Origin: a virus
Lineage: Duplodnaviria; Caudoviricetes
IMG/VR virus record: IMGVR_UViG_3300031867_005256
Coordinates: 4,636 to 68,635 of that record
Direction: 5' to 3' (one strand)
Length of the DNA stretch: 64,000 nucleotides
The position numbers and the translations under genes are program-made. The notes beneath the pieces are model-generated. The model was not told the DNA's origin and searched no databases. It saw only the letters and a list, made by a program, of their open reading frames with translations. Below are positions 31,281-44,400 of the stretch, one piece after another; within the stretch, counting starts at the first letter, position 1, and each line of letters begins with the position of its first letter.

Positions 31281-31524
31281 CTTCATACATAAATAAAGCC
31301 TTCTCTGCACTATCTTCCCCTGCGGATATACTTACAACTTCTGTAACATCTATTTTATCAAACATTTCATAGATACAAGTTGCTCCTACTTTTAGAACTT
31401 CTGTACTATCTGTTTTATTTATATAAATGTCCATTGGATAAGGTGTTTCAATAGAGAGTCTTTCTAAAGAATTTATACTTTCTAAGCTAAGAGTATGCGC
31501 AAACCTGCTTTTTATTTTCCCCAT
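31267..31524 (-). CDS. Hypothetical protein, last gene of the morphogenesis arm
   Basis: Intact ORF with AGGAGG RBS. Confidence 0.6.
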   Translation of the reverse strand: MGKIKSRFAHTLSLESINSLERLSIETPYPMDIYINKTDSTEVLKVGATCIYEMFDKIDVTEVVSISAGEDSAEKALFMYEESGD

Positions 31525-31536
31525 TTTCTTTCCTCC

Positions 31537-31785
31537 TTAATTTACAACATAGTGATAATCTACAATAACCGTAGCGGAAGAAGGAATGGATAAAGAAGTA
31601 ACTGGCATCTCTATTTCAAAAGTACCCGAATTGCCAATTATAATTTGCTAACCATTAAGGATTATCGCAGTTCCCGCCTGCGCAGTAATTCCAATATGGT
31701 CAGTCGTAGAAGGTAAATCAACAGTAAGATAATCCGAAGAATCTTCTTTAAGATGATAATATTGACCAAAAGGCGGTATAAGCAT
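31537..31785 (-). CDS. Small tail/baseplate-region protein (82 aa), 1 TAG
   Basis: Open with TAG=Q; contains ING[Q]QIIIGNSGTFEI; GAGGAGG RBS. Confidence 0.6.
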
Positions 31786-31796
31786 AAAAATCCTCC

Positions 31797-34211
31797 TCAT
31801 ATTTTAGATAATGCTTTTGTTGCATTAATTGTCATTGTGCTTCCTAAGCCAAGAGACAAATTGATAGATTTTATTAAGAACAAGTCATTAATATTTGTCT
31901 TATCATCTTTTACTTTTATCAAAGTGTTTGGCTCAAGGTGATAGATAGGCACTGTGGTTAAGCTGATCGTCTCATTGAAACAAGTATACTAATAAAGCAA
32001 GTCTTTTGCCGCAACGTCTGCGCCATTGGGAGTTGATTTCATTGACAAGGAAGGATAATCTTCACGAGAAATAAGCACATAATGATTAGTTGTCTCTTTA
32101 CATATGTCAATTTGGTCTTCCTAATCTTCTCTACTATAATATAAATCTTTCGCTGCGGCAATCACAGCGTTGCTCAATGCTCCCATAAAGTCGTCTCTTG
32201 ATTTATAAGGTGTCCACTAAGAAAGGACGCTATCAGGATTATCTGAACTAAGTAAAAATGTCCATACATCATCTTTTTTATTAACGTATTTTCCATTAGT
32301 ATAATCCTCGGCATATGATTGAATAGTATCTATTGTTGTTCCCATAACAGTATTGAAATACGAATCTAAATCTTGTAAATTCGTTATCGTAACTCCGCTA
32401 CCTGTCATATGACTATAAATAGCATTACGGAAATTAGTACAAGGAGAAATAAGCGCAACATCAGGAGTAACAGGTTCAAAAAGACAATTTATACTATCGT
32501 TAGTTAAGACTTTTGTTCGACGACCAATTTCAGAGACACTGTATTTTCCTATGTCCGAAGTAGTATCAATAAAATCCAAGAAATAATTTAAAGTTTCAGG
32601 CTTGTCTCGAATTTCTTCCTTATAATGTCCTTCTTCAATATTATATATCTGAGGCCAGAAGGCTGACAATTCAGAAAAATAATATCCAGGCTCGGTGCCA
32701 TTCTCATATGCAAGCTCACCCTAAAAGAATAACTCTGTTCTCCAGTCTCTTGCTTCTAAGATATTTCCGCTTGTATTAATGTTATCTTCTGTGATTTGCA
32801 TTAAATCTTTGTAAATTATGTCTCCATAAGCATCCTCAGAAGCCTCTCCAATATATTTTCCGCCGAAAGGAGGCTTTTTGTCAATAGCTAAATGATAGCG
32901 GATAGCTATACTTTCTCCTGTACTGGTCTTCCTTTTCCCTTGAATAATGAAATCATTTTTAATATTGTCATAGTTAGGGCTATTCGATATTGCAACGATT
33001 TTAGTTCTGTCAGAAAAATCATAAGCTACTTTTCCTCTTGTTCTATCTACAATATAGCTACTATTGTTATCTGTTACATCTCTATCATAATAATATACCG
33101 TATCTGATATGTAACTTCCTTGCTCTCCAGGCTCGTAATTAATTTGAGTCATCAGGTTACTACTTAAAGAAGTATTTAAATAATTTTTCACTTCCTAAAA
33201 TCTAAAGTTACCAAGAGTATCATAAAAATATTCATAGTTTCCTAAAGCATCTCGAACTTTATCTAAGACTGTCGTTACTGCGGAGCCCGCCTCCCCTGTT
33301 AAAGTTCCAGGGTAAGTAAAGTCTGTAATCTCATATCCAACTGTGTTTAAATTTGAATAAGGTTTATAAGCGCCCCAATCAGTAGGAGGAGATGAGGAGA
33401 TGGCATATCTTACTTGTAAAGTATCTGTCGAGTTTAAATCATCTGTACTAAGATAGAAGTATTTCGTTTCTTCTTCATCTATTGCTATTGCGGTTTCGCC
33501 AGTTTCAGTAGTGGTCATTGAATAAGAATAAGGCTGAGAAGTATCTGTATAAGTTTGTGTCCATGTTATGACTTTTTTACTTGTCTAAAGTAAATCCCCG
33601 ATTAAAATTTTACCAAGCTGCTCTCCGCCCCAATGGTTAACAGCTTCCATAATAATTTGATACATAGTTACTTCTTTATCGACAGTATCTTTAAGTCGTT
33701 CATCATACAATCTTTTTGTACTAAAATCAACCGTTGCGGGAAGTACACCGCCAAGCGTACCATTAAGTAAGCCCATCTTATCTACTAAATTTAAAGATAC
33801 TGTATAATTATCCAAAGAGTGAGAAATAGAGCAACCTGTAATACAAAATTCTCCTTGCGGGAACCAGATATAAGGATATTCTTCTTGTGTATAAACAGTC
33901 TCTGTAACTTGCTCGTTCTTCACGCCTATCAAAAGAAGAAGTCTCTTGTTCAAAGCAAATTTTGCTGTTAAATCGTTGTAGCCAACAGACTGATTAATTG
34001 GACAGAAAGTAATTGAGCCAGTCCTTCTTAAACTTGAACTTCCATCAATATTAATATTTCCATCTACTATCAAGCCTTGAACTTCCTCTATCTCTCTATC
34101 ATACTAATCTAAAAGAATACATTTTATTTTTGTCCTCTGCACTCTCTAATCGTCAATCTTTTTTAAAAATCCGTTATCTAATAGGTATGGATATTCGTAT
34201 AGTAAGCTCAT
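31797..34211 (-). CDS. Tail-tip / baseplate hub-like protein (DUF5048-like), 804 aa with several TAG
   Basis: Four track ORFs plus the flanking sequence form one frame with TAG=Q: GNINIDGSSSLRRT...LLY[Q]YT...PIYHLEPNT. Function inferred from position. Confidence 0.75.
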
Positions 34212-34214
34212 TTC

Positions 34215-34892
34215 TCACACCCCTTTCTTGTATAAATGAAGATGTATTTCTGTGGGAACTTCTTCAACACTCGTTTCTTCATCCGTGACTTCATCAATAT
34301 CTATGACACCTAAAAATCTTAAATCAGTTACTTTTTCCTCAAGAGAGCAAAGTTCAGTCCATCCGATTGTTATCTATTCTTCATTTACAAGAAACTGACT
34401 ACCTTTTCTACTCTCTATTTCAACTTTATCATAACTTTCTCCTTGCGGCAACAGATTAGTATTTAGAGTAAGGCTTTCCGCGGGAACTACTAAATCGAAA
34501 CAAGAAGTATAAGGATTTGAAGAAAGAGATGATGGAAAATCTACATCTGTTATTTCTGCATCTGACTTCTTTTCAAACTTTGCTTTATATTTAATATCAA
34601 CATCATCTTCTTTAAAGAAAGTTAAAGAAGTTATTTCAAAAAGAGAGTCAGATTCAAGGTGATATTTGCATTGTTCTCCAACAAGCACTCTTTCTCCATT
34701 TAAATAAAAATAATATCCATAAAAAACCGCATTTTCTTCATCTATATTAAAATTTTCATTAAAGTAATGAGGCGCAACATAAGAAGTATTAAAAGTAATG
34801 TCTAACATATAAAACCCCATTAATTTTACTTCTTCGGTAGTCCAGTGTTTAGTTATAATTGTAGCTATGACATTTTCATTAGGATGCTTCAT
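34215..34892 (-). CDS. Tail/baseplate-region protein (225 aa), 1 TAG
   Basis: ORF 34374-34892 continues through TAG to a TGA that abuts the next start. Confidence 0.65.
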
Positions 34893-37078
34893 ATCAGACC
34901 CACCTCTGTTACATATGCGGTATAGGTGTAAACATGGGCGCCGCTGCCTTCTTCTTCTGTATAAGCCAAATATTGTATATTATATTTATTATAGTTATCA
35001 ACAGTGCAATCATCCAATTCAACAGCAGTACAAGTAAAGTCATAAACTAAATTATCCAATTCTGTTTTTGGAGTGAAAGTCATATCTGTAAGTCTAACTA
35101 AAACGTTTCCCTCTGCCGCAGTTTTTAAGAGGAAAGAGTTGCCACTTTGTAAGAAAGACATAACAGCTTTTCTATATTCTCTTTCAAGAGTAATATCATT
35201 AAGATTATTAATTCTGTTCTTACCATTAAAAGTAGTATAATTATCAAGAACTCTGTCATACTTAAATAACTGTTCTTTTGTGCGGAAACCCTTGTTTACA
35301 TTTACTGAAACAAGATTATTGTTTTCTATAACCGTAGATTCTTTATCAAAGCAGTCTTTAGAAAAAACTAACTCTTCATTATTGTCATTATATGATATTG
35401 TTCCACTTAAAGAGAGGGTTCTATAATTAACTATATCATTTCTATAAAAGTAGGGAAACTGAGAGCCAATTGTCTCTATTTGAGCTTCTCGAATATTATT
35501 ACTATAACTCGTTACAGACTCTCCAAAAGAAATCGCTAAATGACCAAAAGCATTAGATAAAAACATTCCATCGTAGAAAGGAAATAAAGTTTTTGGATCT
35601 TGCTCTTCCTCTCCTGCCTCTTTCATACTTCCATCTTCTTGAACAATATAAACGCTACTTCTTGAGCCAGTAGCATTTTCAATAGCCTATAAGCCATACC
35701 AATACTGAATCCCGCTTTCCGTAGTTACATCCTAAGTATTGATTATATGAGCGCCTTCTTCTAAAACTATAATATTTAATTCTTCCCATTCTGAAAAATT
35801 CGTTGTGCTGTCTGTTCTTATAACAGCAAAAGAACAATCATATTCTTCTCCGTCACCAATAACGACCGGTTTAAATTCCTCCGTTGTACTAACCGTTAAA
35901 TCTACCTATCCTCTTGGATCGTCTTCTGAACAAGAGAGAAGAATGTTAGAGAAAGAGCCTTCTAACGGTTCAACGTTCGCTGTAAAATGTAGAGTTCCGC
36001 TCCATCCATTACGAGTCTCCGCATAAATAGAAATTGAATAGTTAGCCTTATCAAGCATCTTTTTGATTTTATAAGAAAAAGAATTATCAATATTCTAAGT
36101 GCTTAAAGAAATATCTCCAGAATCATCAATAAGCTCTCCTGAAAGAGTAGTTGTTTTAACTCTGATTTTCTTTAAAGTCTCTGGCTCTAAGCCATCTTCA
36201 GGAATAGTTAATCTACCTATAATATTAATAAGAGGAGTTCCGAAAGTTAGTATACTATTTTCTGTAATAGGCTAAGAATTGATAACCCATTCTGGAGAAT
36301 AAATACTTTTAACAAGTACTACTGTTGACCATTCAGATACAAAGTTGTTTTCTTCTAACCAATCTATACATTCTCTCTTTCGCGGCATTACCTAACGTAA
36401 AAGAGTTAACGGATTTTCTTGGCTTCCAGAAGTTTTTGCACTGTTTGCCGCATTTTTATATAAGTCTGATAAATATTTAATCGCCATATCTTTAAAGCCA
36501 TATGCGTCTTTATGAAGAGTGCAGTTTTCCTATGAAGATTCTTCTTTTTCTATCAGAACATTGTGAGTAAAAATATCCTCTAAAGAATCATCATAAGTCC
36601 AAGAAGGTACGCTATTGTAATAAACAGGGTCTTTGGTAAGCCTTGCTTGAACTCTATAATATTGCCCAGGCATCCACTATCCTGCATCAAGCTGTCGTGC
36701 GGCAATAGCATAAGAAAAAAGATTGTAATTATACTTTCCTTTTCCCATTTTTGTATCTCTAAAGACAATCTAATGATAACTTATTTCTTCCGAAGCAAAC
36801 TATCTTGCTAATATAGTAGTATTATTCCTTACTGTGTTGGCAATAGATTGGATAGAATAAGTTGACTTATAATATCCTTTTTCATCTACTTCCCGCGGGT
36901 CATTCTCTCTCGCGCTGTAATAATAATATTTATTATCTCCGTTTGAACTGCTCCTCTATTGAAAAGGTGACAAATCAAAATAAAAGCGTGCGTTCTGTTT
37001 GACTCCGTCTATTTCTGTTTCAAATACGGGTATCATCGTATCGACAATAGGCGGATATAGTGGTTCTCTATTTGCCAT
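34889..37078 (-). CDS. Distal tail / baseplate protein (729 aa), many TAG
   Basis: MANREPLYPPIVDT...SEWSTV...ETIGSQFP forms one frame with TAG=Q; RBS upstream. Confidence 0.7.
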
Positions 37079-37108
37079 TCCTTCTCCCTCCTTTATCTCT
37101 TTAACATA

Positions 37109-37555
37109 TTATTCCGCTCTATGCGGCAATGCTCTTAATTCCTCCATTAATTTTAAAATAAAAGAATTGCCGCCTTCTTCCGTATAATGCGTAAATCTTT
37201 TTTCTAATATTTCTAATGAATAGTCATCTATCCATCCCTATTCTCTTACATAAAACTTATATTCTTTTGTTATAAAAGATTTAATAGCATCCCTATCAGA
37301 CTCCTTCAAGATTCTTACAGCATCCTTTAAATCATTTAATTCGGCTAAAATCATTTCCTATTTATCTAAAATGGAACTGATTTTTTCATTCTGTTGAAGT
37401 TCTGCATTCTTTTCTTTCTCTTGCTTTTTGAAGTGGGCGCCCGTCCTGTCCATCAACCAATCAAAGAAAGAAAATGCTCCTCTTATTGAAGTAGCTAATA
37501 AAACAATAAAAAGAACTATCTAAGAGACAGAAAACTATTCAAATAACTTTTCCAT
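37109..37555 (-). CDS. Holin-like membrane protein (148 aa), 4 TAG, the first two at codons 7 and 12
   Basis: N-terminal TM (IVLFIVLLATSIRGAFSFF), a coiled coil and the EGGNSFI C-terminal motif of gut-phage putative holins. Not in the ORF track because of the TAGs. Confidence 0.6.
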
Positions 37556-37577
37556 TTTCTATCTTTACCCCCTAAAA

Positions 37578-37796
37578 TTAAATATCTGTCCAAATAAGGC
37601 GACCTGCACCACCTTTGAAAGTTGCAACTTTTTCTAAACCTGATAATGTTCTTCTGTATAGTCCACTATCTTCTTCACAAGATACATATTTCCCATAATC
37701 TATCTATAATAATGAACTTGTCATTTCTTCAATAGTAAGAAAATCACGAACAATTTCGACTCCCGCACCTCTACGTCCTCCATAGAAAGAACTCAT
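37578..37796 (-). CDS. Small structural-region protein (72 aa), 1 TAG
   Basis: MSSFYGGRRGAG...DYGKYV; AGGAGG RBS. Confidence 0.6.
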
Positions 37797-37808
37797 AAAA
37801 GCACCTCC

Positions 37809-38357
37809 TTAAAAATCGAATCCTTCTAAGCTAATAACACTTCCATCTGGTTTCTGAATTGCTATTGCTTCATCTTCATCATCATTTAAATGTATATAAT
37901 AAGTTAAAATTGAACCATCTTTGTACTCTTCCGTTATAATATAATATTTTTGGTCTTCTGGCTTTGTCATCGTTGCTTTCATACAAGCGATAGTCTTTTC
38001 TCTTCCGACTGTTCTAATAATAACGTTATCTCTCTCTTGCCCATTCTAAGAGGAAAGTATCTAAACAGTTGAGCCAGTAGCTAAAAGACCCCATTCGTTA
38101 TTATCATAAGCAACTATTTTTCCGCCATCCTCTAATTTAATTTCGTACTAATGATTTTTAGCATCCTTTACCCTTACAATTTTCCCTATTAAGGTTTTAT
38201 TAAAATCAGCTTTTTCTATTTTTTTATCTGTAATATAGTCTACGACTTGAACAATAGCATCTGCCATTTCATCCGAAGTCATTTCATCAAAACTTTTCTT
38301 TTCTTTATCTACCTTAGGAGAACTTGTTCCAGGCTTTTTCTCATCTACTTTGTCCAT
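37809..38357 (-). CDS. Tail-region hypothetical protein (182 aa), 3 TAG
   Basis: ORF 38148-38357 extends through TAGs to TAA at 37809. Confidence 0.6.
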
Positions 38358-38422
38358 ACATAGACCTCCTTTAACTCCTTAATCTCTTAAATTCTTCAAA
38401 AAACAAACAATAGCATTAAACA

Positions 38423-38450
38423 AAAGCGGCAAGTTGTTACCTTGCCGCAA
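38423..38450 (-). terminator. Terminator after the tape measure gene
   Basis: gcggcaag-N7-cttgccgc hairpin with a T run on the minus strand. Confidence 0.7.
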
Positions 38451-38455
38451 TTATT

Positions 38456-41400
38456 TTACTTATTATCTGTCATTTCTGTTGCTGCTTTATTATAGAGTTT
38501 CTCAAATGCGGCAGCTATTTCATCTGCACGAGTTTTTCCATCAAAAGTAGCATCTATTTCAACAAGTTGTTTAAGTATTTGTTGACGGTCTGCTAACAGT
38601 TGTATAATTCCTGCTACACCTTGTGCAATACTTGCTTGCGCACCGCCCTGCTCTGCTGCAGCAGTCATTTTGTCAAAAATGCCATTAGCTATGTTAACAG
38701 CTCTCTCATGAGCTTTCTTTTCTTCTTCTTCCATCTAAGCGGCATTAGCAGCCCTGATTTCTTCTTTTGATACTTCGGAGGCTTCTTCTTCTTTCTTCTT
38801 TGTGCGGTCATATGCTCCTAAATCTGTTGAACGATGAGAGTATCCGAAGGCTCGAGGGTCTTTCTTTGCATTTCGAGAGTCTTTGTCATAGCTTCCTAAT
38901 GTGGAGATATCTTGAATAGTGCTGATGCCTTCCATTGCTTCAATTTTGCTTCTTCCTCTGTCTCCATAGAGACTTTCGTCGTAATAAGCAATACCATCCT
39001 TCATCCAATAGTCAACAGTGCCACCATAGTCAACTGCAGGAACTGTTCCAGTCGAAGACCCTGCATCCGCATTCCCGAAATCAAGAGCACTGATTTCCTG
39101 TTCTCTCATCAAGAGACTCTCTTCATAAGCGTTTAAAGCCGCATCTATGAGCTACTGTAAAAGATCTTCTACTCCTTCAAGTTCTTCAAGGACTTTTTCC
39201 ATTTGAGCGAGTTGGTTTAACATATTATCTACTTCAGAAGCAAGATAATCAGCCATTGTCTGTTGAATACCAATATCACTCTCAATATAGCTTTCAAGCA
39301 TACTCTGAATACTTGCAGCTTCACTTTCTCTTTCTGCAGATGCCGCAACGGATTCTTCAATATCTTCTTGAGAAAAATCTCCAGAAGTATCTAATTTATC
39401 TTTATATAAATCAATGAAGCCTTCGTCTCCGCCCTTAGAATAGGTCTGCATATCTTCAAGAGATTGACTTAAATCTCCTCTGAGTTTTGTGATTAATCCA
39501 TCTGCTCCAAAATATTCTTCCCACAGAGAATTTGCTTTTCCGCTCTTCTCTTCTGTCGTTAAGCTGTCATCTTTAAAGATAGACTCCATAAGAGAAGTAA
39601 ACTTTGTTTGTAAAGAATCGATGGTATTACCTGTCTCTTTTACATTGTCACGAGCTAAATTGTAAAGCTCATTTTCAGCTTTCGCAACCTCAGCCTCCGC
39701 CTTTTTCGTCTCTTCTTCATCCGCAACATATTCATATCTATAATTACCTGCCGCGTCTCTTCTCAAGCGCATCTTAGATTTATTTTCTTTTGCTTCATCA
39801 AGAGCCATCTGCTTTAAAGTTAATTCATAAAGTTTATTTGCTCTCTCTATTTCATATTTACTTATTTCTTTTGTTGTATTTAATCTTTCATTTAATCTTT
39901 CATTAATTTCTTGCTGCACTTTAAGTAATTGTTCTGATGCGGCGGTATCCGTCATTTCCGCAAGAGAATCATTAATTTTTTGATTTAAAGCATTGATTTG
40001 ATAAAGAGAATTAGTATAATTATAAAATGCTTTATCTTCGCCTTCTTGTAACTCATTCATCCAAGAATATTGTAAAGAAGTTCCTGATAATTCGTCTTGC
40101 GCCTTCTTAACTCTTTCAGTAATGCTATTAATAGTATTTTCAAATTTCTCATTAATAGAGTTCAGAGCAGTTTCAAAATATCCATAGCTTGAAGATGCGG
40201 CATCCTAAAATGCGGACATCCATTTTTGAGCAGCATCTTTATTCCCCTTTGCAACTGCCTCAGCAAACTTCGATGCATATAAATCAGCCTAAGAACGTGC
40301 GGTATTTGCAACAGCGAGGTTTGTGCTAATAATTCTCTCTAAATAACCATTCAATCTATCATATGCTTTATCGCCATAAGCTAATTTAACGCTATTTGAG
40401 AGAGTGCCTAAAGCGGAAACAATTTGATTAAGACTCGAAAGAAGCTGACTGTTTGCGGAAATGATAGCGTCAATAGCAGAAAGATAAGTTTCTTTCATCT
40501 ATTTTATATTATCCATTGCCGCCTGTGCATTGCTTCCAAGCTAATCTCGATATTTCTCTAAATCACTAAAAGCGGCAGACTGATCTGTTCCGTAAATTTT
40601 TGAAGTACCCCCGCCCTGCATTGTACGGATTTCCGCCATTATATCATTAACATGATCTGTTAAAATCTGAATACTTCCACCAGGTAATGTCGAATTAGGA
40701 TTTGTCTTTATGTATTCTTGAAGTTGCTTGAATTGAAGATTGAGATTTCCTAAATAATCATCATCTCTTAAACCTTCTAACTCTGCACGCAGTTTGTGCA
40801 GGTTTCGCCATGCTTCTTCGATATTTACTTCTACATCAACTTTTGCATTAAAATTATTAGACAATTCTTTTGCCATAGCATCTTTAATAGCTTTCGCTGC
40901 ATCCGAGGCAGAATCTTTAGCAGATTGTACCGTATCAAACTGGGAAGCCACTTCTGCCCCCTATGAATTAAGAGCCTCAAGATTACTAAGAAGAGCATCT
41001 CTTTCATCCCTTCTTAAGCCTACCGCACTCTCAATTGCGGCAACCATCTCATAATAATTAGCAAGAGAGGCATCTTCATTAAGGACTATCTATGCTTCTA
41101 TACCGGCTTTGGCTAACGCCATCTAAAAATCTTTAATTCTTTCTTGCATCTATTTTTTCAATATAGCAAGTTTCTTTTCTTCTTGTGCTACGATCTTTTC
41201 CTGCACTGCAAGTTGTTGACGCAAGTTATTAACCAGGGCTTGTCCAGTTAAGTCAGATTGAGCTTTCTTCAATTTGCTTAATTCCCTATTTAGTTCTTTT
41301 ACTCTCTAATCTACTTTACTTGTCTCGATTTTGTCTTCCGCAGCTTTAACTTTTTCCGAACTTACGGCAATGTCGTCCATAATTTCTTTATATTTTTCTG

Positions 41401-44400
41401 CGGAATCTCTTGCGGACTCTATCTTTTTCCGAATGTCTTCCCATACTTCAATTAATGAATTATTTTTACCATCTGCATTATTGTCTTTAAGTTCTTTTAA
41501 TTTGTCATCTATTTGGTCTATTGCATTATCAAAACTTTCAAGACTCTCAATATCAAGAGAATCTATGTCAACACCCGCTTCTGACAGCATCTTTCCTAAG
41601 TCATCTTTACTAAGAGTATTTTTTAATGCGGTAACTTGATTTTCGTATTCTTTTAACTTTTCTTGCTCTTTTTCAAAAACTTCTTCTTCAATTTCAATCT
41701 TGTCTGATAAACTTAAATTTTCTGAATCACTACGGAGTCGTTCAATGCTTTTATTTAATTTATCAACATCTTTAGAAGATTCTTCTACTATACTATCAAA
41801 TGTTACCCACTGTTTAGAAATATTATTCTTAAAAAGAATCTCTTCGGATTCCGCAATGTTCTCAAGACCATCATCTATCGAATCAACACTGCTGCTAACA
41901 TCGGAAATCAAAGATAAAAGTGAACGAGACTACGCTTGTATTTCTGAAAGTTTTTCTTTTGCTTCTTCAAGGGGTTGTTTTGCAGATTCATCGCCTTCAT
42001 CAACACGCCTTTGCAATTCATTTACAACATCGGTCTGTGCGGAGCCAGCTTTATTTAAGACATCTACTGCAGTCTATACAGAATCGCCAGTGAATCTTCC
42101 CTTTTTGTCAGTAGCTAAAGTAACTCCATATTGAGAAGCAATTTCCTAAGCCTCTTGACGTTTATTCTTAAGACTCTCTTCTTCTAAACTATTTGACTAT
42201 TTCTAAAGCTCAATTCTTTCTTTTTGTTTTGTGTTTATCTCTTCGTATATTGAGAGGAGTGCGGGACCTGTCGCGTTTTCAGCTCTTTTTTCTAATTCAG
42301 TAATTTCTTTATCTTTATCTTTTATTAAAGTATCGATATAATTATAATTATTTTCTGTGTCTTCCCATTCAACAGCTTTAGTATAAGTAACGGTTTTTGA
42401 AGTATCTTCTAAATTGGGAGAAGCATTAAATATTTCATCAGATGCTCTTAAGGCATCCTAAAAAGGTTTTATACTATCAAGCCAGTCTTGATAGTCTTGA
42501 TAGTCTGAGGCTGAATTAATTGCTCTCGAACGTCGAAGTTTCTCTTCTTCTATTTCTTGAAGAGATAATAAGTTAATAGAATTTCTTATCAATCCCTGCT
42601 CAATTGCTTGCTATGCTAAATACTCTTGATAAGCCTCTTTCCTTTTCTCTGCTATTTTTTCAATTTCATTTTCTTGAACTACAAGCTGTCCATTAATTAC
42701 AGAAAATGCATCCTAAAATTCAGCAGGTAAAGAAAATAAAGATTCCATTGTTGAGCGAGAAATTTGACCGTATTTTTCCTGTTCTTCTCTTGCCGCTCTA
42801 ATAGTTACTACATTTTTGTCATAATCAGATAAATCAATACGCTTTATTTCGGAAGAAGTATCTAAAAGGATGTCTTTAAAAATAACAAAATCTTGATTAA
42901 CACTTTTCTACTACTCTTCTAAGTCAGCTAACTCTTCATTTAAGTCAGCTAACACTTTATTATGCTCATCTTTGTTATGATAATCAATACCAAACCTTAG
43001 CTGACTATTTTTTTCTATCTAATCTCTTTTCTCCTAAATCTTTTTATCTAAATCTTTATTTATTTTATCTAAAGTATCTTCTGCGGTAGATAAAATTGTA
43101 TCTGTTACTAAATTAGCTATTCCAGAAGTATTAAAACTAAGTTCTCCATCTTTCATAAATAATTCTTCATAAGCTGGAGATATATCCGTTTTTAGTTTCG
43201 CCCATGTTTCAGGAGAAATTTTTCCATCTTTGTTATATTCTTCTTCCGCTGCCTAAAGAATCTTTTGCTGTTCTCTTAAGGATTCTATCGATTCTCCAGA
43301 AATAATATTTTGAAATTGCGTCATATAACTTGAAAAATCTCTACCTTCTGAAGTTTTCTCTAATGAAGATATAGCTAATTCAAGTCTATCAATGTCTTTT
43401 GCTGCACCTTTAGCTTTTTCAAAATCTTCAATAGCCTTAACGTAGCTTTCTGCATATGCTAATACTGGGTTTGATCCATTTTCCTCTTCAAAAACAGAAA
43501 GATCTGATAAGACTTTTTCTGAAAGCCCCTCGTCCTCTATCCGCTTTATTAAATCGTCTATCTCAGAATCGGTTAATTTACCTTCTAAGATGTGCCTTAA
43601 AGAGGATTCTTCCTTTTCAATTTTTTCAAAACTTCCTTGACTTTCTATCTCTCGAAGTTTATCAATTTCTTCTTCCATTAAGGAAATATTTTCGTTTTTG
43701 TTTAGCTCTGCTCGTTTCGTTGTATAAGAAAAATATCCATCTACAAGATTTTTTCTCTCTTCAAAAGAGGCTTTCTCAAAATCTTCTATTGTCTGTATAG
43801 AAGATTCTTCCTTCTCTATATATTCTTTAAAGGATGTCTAAGCAAAAAGGGTAGAAGCATCTTCTTCATTCTAATAAGAAGATTCTATTAATCTTTTAGC
43901 AGCATTTGCACCTGAGTTATCAGAGATAGCTTGAGAAGTTATATTATAAGAAGCCTATTGCTTTTTAATACCTTCAACGGATAAATCAGTTAAGCCCTGG
44001 CTATAAGAAGAATATAATGATAATACCTCTTCATCTGTAAGCCCCTCAATAGTCTCTTTAACAGCTGGATCCTTAGTAAGTTTTAATAAGAAAGCTCTGG
44101 ATTCCATTGCGACAGTATCAGATAATTTTAGAAAATAGTTATGGACATATTCTTCGGCTTCCTCTTCGGAGAGTCCTAAATTTTCCATATAGCGGATAAA
44201 AGCACTTCTATCAGTAGAGAAGTCTGAAAAATCTTCAAAAGAATCTCCCATTCGCAAAGCAAATAATTTCGCGCTTTCTTCAATACTATTATCCACAGCA
44301 GAGATAATAGCATCTAAATATTCTTTATTATCTGCATATATTTTTTCTATGTCTTTATAATATTTTTTAGATTTATTAGAAGCATCTTCAAGCCAAGCAA

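Noticed and set aside
42485-42510. Short tandem repeat (tagtcttga x2-3)
   Set aside because: It simply encodes SDYQDYQDW within the tape measure protein.
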